From assembly GCA_037447605.1 (NCBI GenBank), contig CM074809.1:3338689-3402688 (forward strand): DNA of 64,000 nucleotides, written 5' to 3'. Numbering within the stretch: position 1 is the first letter of the stretch; each line of letters opens with the position of its first letter. A program made the position numbers and the translations under genes. This DNA comes from Zygnema circumcarinatum SAG 698-1b (taxonomy: Eukaryota > Plantae > Zygnematophyceae). Under the pieces are notes generated by a model. It was not told the origin of the DNA. It was given only the letters and a program-made list of their open reading frames with translations, and did not search any database. This document shows, in pieces, positions 62,169-64,000 of the stretch.

Positions 62169-63969
62169 ATGGCTTCAAAGCAGCCTGTTCTTGACAGGCG
62201 GCGCATACAGCAGCGGTTCAAACTGAGAGGGATCATGCTGATGAAGGATGCCGTTGAGGCGGTGCTGGAGCTCATGCAGAGTCAGCAACTCACAGAAGAA
62301 GCCCTGGTCGAGCTCATCACGGGGGGCATTCAAAAGCAGCAGTGTAAGCGTTGGATTTTTCTGCCAGACAAGTGATCGGTACCACCACTGCAGGTCAATT
62401 TTTACAATAGTGGTAGTGTTTGCATTGTCTGTGAATATAGTAAATAGTAGCAATGCAAACACACTACTTAATTAGCTATACTGATAGATTCAACTTGAAG
62501 GTAGGTTGAAGCTACTTTTTTTTTTGTTTGTACTTCTGTTTTGAATCATAAAGCTTAGGCTTCACTTGGAGCTGGCCAATGTACGTTGTTAATCACGCTA
62601 CACAATGTCGAGAGGAAACAACAAAGCCACAAAGCAAAACAATTTTTTCCGTCATCTACAGAACTTTGTTCAATTTGTGAGTAAATGTAATAGATATTCT
62701 AGAATATAATCGCTTGAATGTCGTGACTTTGTTCCTTTTGCAGTGAAAAGTAGTATACTAAGTAAAGCTGATATAGAGGCGCTGATTGGGGCTCCATCAA
62801 ATGCTCCGACTGAGGAAACAAATGCGTTTAGCTTCATTGACGCATTTGATGTGCCAAAAAATCTGTATGATCCCCTCCAAAAGCGTTTCTTCAAGTGAGT
62901 TCACTTTCAATTTGTTAACCTATTTATTTTCTTACAAAGCATGATGTTATTCAAAAGGTTCATTATCAAATTCCGTCCTCTGCCGCATAACTTCATATGC
63001 AAACCACTTAAACCGTAAATGGGATATCATTCGCAGCACTTATTGAAATGGAGTTTGAAAGGGCGGGACAGACATATTTAGAAAAAAACGAGTTGCACTA
63101 CTGTGAATTAGTTCAAAGCGCTTCGGAGCATGAGTCTTGAAATGAATGAACGTTAATATATAAATTCAGGATGCCATCGCTTATTGTCAATAGATTTTGA
63201 TGCCAAGGAATTTCAAAAAAATGTTTGAAACCTCAAGCCAAGCATCTGCACTCCTTTCATTTTGCGAAGTGCTTTTCTTCAGCGCCTGCAATGCAAAACT
63301 GCCGATCCCGCCTTCATCTTGGTAGCCATACAGAAGGCATTCAAGTTAGTACGTCCGCCTAGAGGTCCTACGTTACTGTGCTTCATGCCAAGTCGGCTAT
63401 AGATTCCATTGGTAAAGTTGAATGAGCTTCTCCGTTCTGCTTTCAACTTCTTCCTCTGCCGCAGATGCAAAGACAAGCAGAGCATCTTCGCAGACGCGTC
63501 ATCAAAGGCCGCTCTTTATCGTGAGAGATTGATGCTCTTGCAACAGAGACTAATGCGAGATCAAGATTTTATGCGGCCGGCACTTGCATTGGAAGGGTCG
63601 CAAAGTCATCACCGGGAAGTGAGTAAAGAAATTGAAAAACACTACCCGACCCAAGCAGCAGACAATAACCACAATACAGGTGTTCACAGTCACAAGTGTA
63701 GGTATAGGTCTATAGATGCAGATATCGGCTTAGGTTACAATGCAAGGTATATGTTACTAGAGACGACCTTTATAGCTTCTTTTTGACAGCCGAGTTAGAG
63801 AGCGTTACTGATTTCTGGAGATGATTTACGTCTGCAGTTAATGTCATTGCAATCTCTCCAAGGTGGTCATGGCCCGAAATACGTTCTCGGAGCAATATCA
63901 CAACTGGAGGATGGGCGATTTTTCCTTGAAGATCTTAACTCTTCTATTCCTCTCGATCTCGAGAATGCA
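62169..63969 (+). CDS. POLE2: DNA polymerase epsilon subunit B, 5' part (continues beyond the window)
   Basis: RIQQRFKLRG, IDAFDVPK..YDP, SKAALYRERLMLLQQRLMRD..F and VLGAISQLEDGRFFLEDL....LDL. Confidence 0.93.
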
Positions 63970-63978
63970 ATATCCTTT
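63970..63978 (+). other. U12-type (AT-AC) 5' splice site
   Basis: ATATCCTTT begins exactly after the codon boundary of ...DLENA. Confidence 0.8.
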
Positions 63979-64000
63979 TCCACCACTTTCCTGGAAAACT

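Overview
Intron-containing plant-lineage DNA, probably a streptophyte alga or non-seed plant (inferred from gene content; the species cannot be named). Bases 1-7.3 kb are a retroelement nest. It holds a non-autonomous LTR element arranged internal-LTR-internal, the 3' end of a related Copia element (RT C-terminus/RNase H, PPT, 3' LTR), and a fragment of a CRE-like non-LTR element with a restriction-like endonuclease. The rest is gene-dense: DPH5(-), DDX10/DBP4(-), NDUFB7(+), two paralogous family-I pyrophosphatase-like genes that appear catalytically dead (+), a DTW-domain gene(-), a fungal/bacterial-type DOPA 4,5-dioxygenase(+), a FAM173-like methyltransferase(+), GID8(-), an EGF-containing GT47 exostosin(-), a 3-exon unknown gene with a RAMA-like motif(+), an unidentified multi-exon gene(-), a PMT/DUF248 methyltransferase(+) and the 5' part of POLE2/DPB2(+), which ends at an AT-AC U12-type donor. 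Also present are a MITE, a second CRE-like copy with a target-site duplication, and several mini/microsatellites. The best candidate for novelty is the pseudo-pyrophosphatase pair, which shares the same active-site substitutions, a new CRC motif and CCGTAC-rich promoters. Exon boundaries and alignments were made by eye and no database searches were run.
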